From: Scyliorhinus canicula
Taxonomy: Eukaryota
Direction: 5' to 3'
Length of the DNA: 64,000 nt
Assembly: GCF_902713615.1 (NCBI RefSeq)
Contig: NC_052155.1
Location: 172,583,828-172,647,827, forward strand
Shown here: positions 62,903 to 64,000 of the stretch, one piece after another
Layout: the number at the start of each line of letters is the position of its first letter
How positions within the stretch are numbered: position 1 is the stretch's first letter
The notes under the pieces: generated by a model
Told to the model about the DNA's origin: nothing
What the model saw: only the letters and a program-made list of their open reading frames with translations
Databases searched by the model: none
Program-made: the position numbers and the translations under genes

Positions 62903-62939
62903 GTAAGAACAGATCTTAAAGTTACCTTTGATTTCAATG

Positions 62940-63345
62940 GCCTGAGATGTTTACCAACTCATGGCTTCCTAAAATTTCAGAAAAGTTTCAAGGCATTTGA
63001 CAGATGGGTGTATGGAAATTGATAATAAACCAAAGAAAGATAGATTTGAAGGAGTAACTAAAAATTGAGCTAAAAAGATGACTTTGTTTTTGATAGAATG
63101 AGAGCCTCTCGGAGGAATTCCAGATTGTAGTTGGCATAGTGAAAATTCAGCTGCAATTGGTGAGGCGCAGGAGGTTGGAGTCAAAGTATGGAGACTTTGG
63201 GCAAAGGATAGACATCTGATGCATGTTGTGTAGGTAGATAGAGCAAGGTCATGGAGTGGGGATTTTACATTCGGGGCATTGTGGAGTAAGGAGCCATTGT
63301 AGGTCAGCAAGAAGGGGAGTTAGGGACAGATGGGACTTAGCACCC
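62940..63345 (-). mobile_element. Old L2-like LINE 3' fragment
   Basis: Similar to 9115-9540 (CAAGGCATTTGACA…GGAGCCATTGTAGGTCAGCAAG). Confidence 0.45.
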
Positions 63346-64000
63346 GCTGCTCAAGTGAATCAAGATATCAGCCCCTGAGCAACATTGAAAAAGGTGCCAA
63401 AAATAAGTTAGCTTTGAGTTTTGTTTTAACAGCTTAATATGTATACAATGAAAAGCCTCCATTTTTTCACCACCTTTGCTTAACTAACAGTTGGTAAATT
63501 TTATGCTTGGTTTGTCACACTGGATATTAAAGGAGAAAGGTGGAGGCTACCCATAATGGATCTCTTTCAGTTTCTCCACAAGAGCTAAAGGTTTCTGCCT
63601 GGTTCTCATGTGATGTGAGCTGTAGCAATGCACCATATCATAGTTCCGCAGGAGGAGGGTAAAAATTGTAACTAGAATAATTCATTTCTTTCCCCCATGC
63701 CCAAAATGACGAGCAGTAGCTGAAAAATATCAATCCGTATCTGAACCAGGTGAAATTTGCAACATCAGTCTCTGGTCACATCTTCTGTAGGGAGCCTGAA
63801 GAGCAAATAACTACATTTTCAGGTATATTTGATTGATCTTTCAGAATTGTATATCTATAATATAAATGTTGTCTCTTGCGTAGACTCGGTCAACTGTTCA
63901 GTAGAAGGATTTGTGTGTCACAGGGCATGAATAACAGATTAGTGCTGTTGCAAATACATTTAGAATGTTAGGATAAAATGCCTGGATGAATTTAACCAGC

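Noticed and set aside
25-63310. Many 60-140 aa ORFs with recurring peptides such as WPIHLTCTSLGCGGETHADTGRMCKLHTDSDP
   Set aside because: They are translations of dispersed SINE copies, not a gene family

Overview
Repeat-rich vertebrate genomic DNA, most likely from an elasmobranch such as a catshark. This is inferred from HE1/V-type tRNA-derived SINEs, HER1/CR1 LINEs and a SacSINE1-like Deu-SINE. Most of the window is decayed or nested transposable elements: CR1, L2, L1/Tx1, Rex1, Penelope, Gypsy, hAT and PIF/Harbinger. Almost every entry in the ORF track comes from these repeats, and I cannot identify an intact host protein-coding gene. Three host-like signals stand out. (1) A promoter at about 6.3-6.45 kb has GABP/ETS and CRE motifs followed by a 5'TOP/TCT pyrimidine tract. 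It is followed by a chain of short + strand exon candidates ending at a poly(A) signal at 37991. The chain has no long ORF, and several introns hold hairpin-rich H/ACA- or C/D-like segments, so it may be an unannotated snoRNA host gene. This is the best lead, but it was read by eye and is unconfirmed. (2) There may be a divergent - strand transcript from the same promoter. (3) A CpG island at about 51.7-52.3 kb looks like exon 1 of a gene, with a possible start exon (ATG GCG AAA|gt) at 62.9 kb. Repeat-level observations include one SINE body with several different tails, hammerhead cores in Penelope remnants, a Harbinger-type MITE carrying three NRF1-type motifs, and multi-layer nesting with readable target site duplications (TSDs). 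All coordinates were counted by hand and boundaries of old repeats are approximate.
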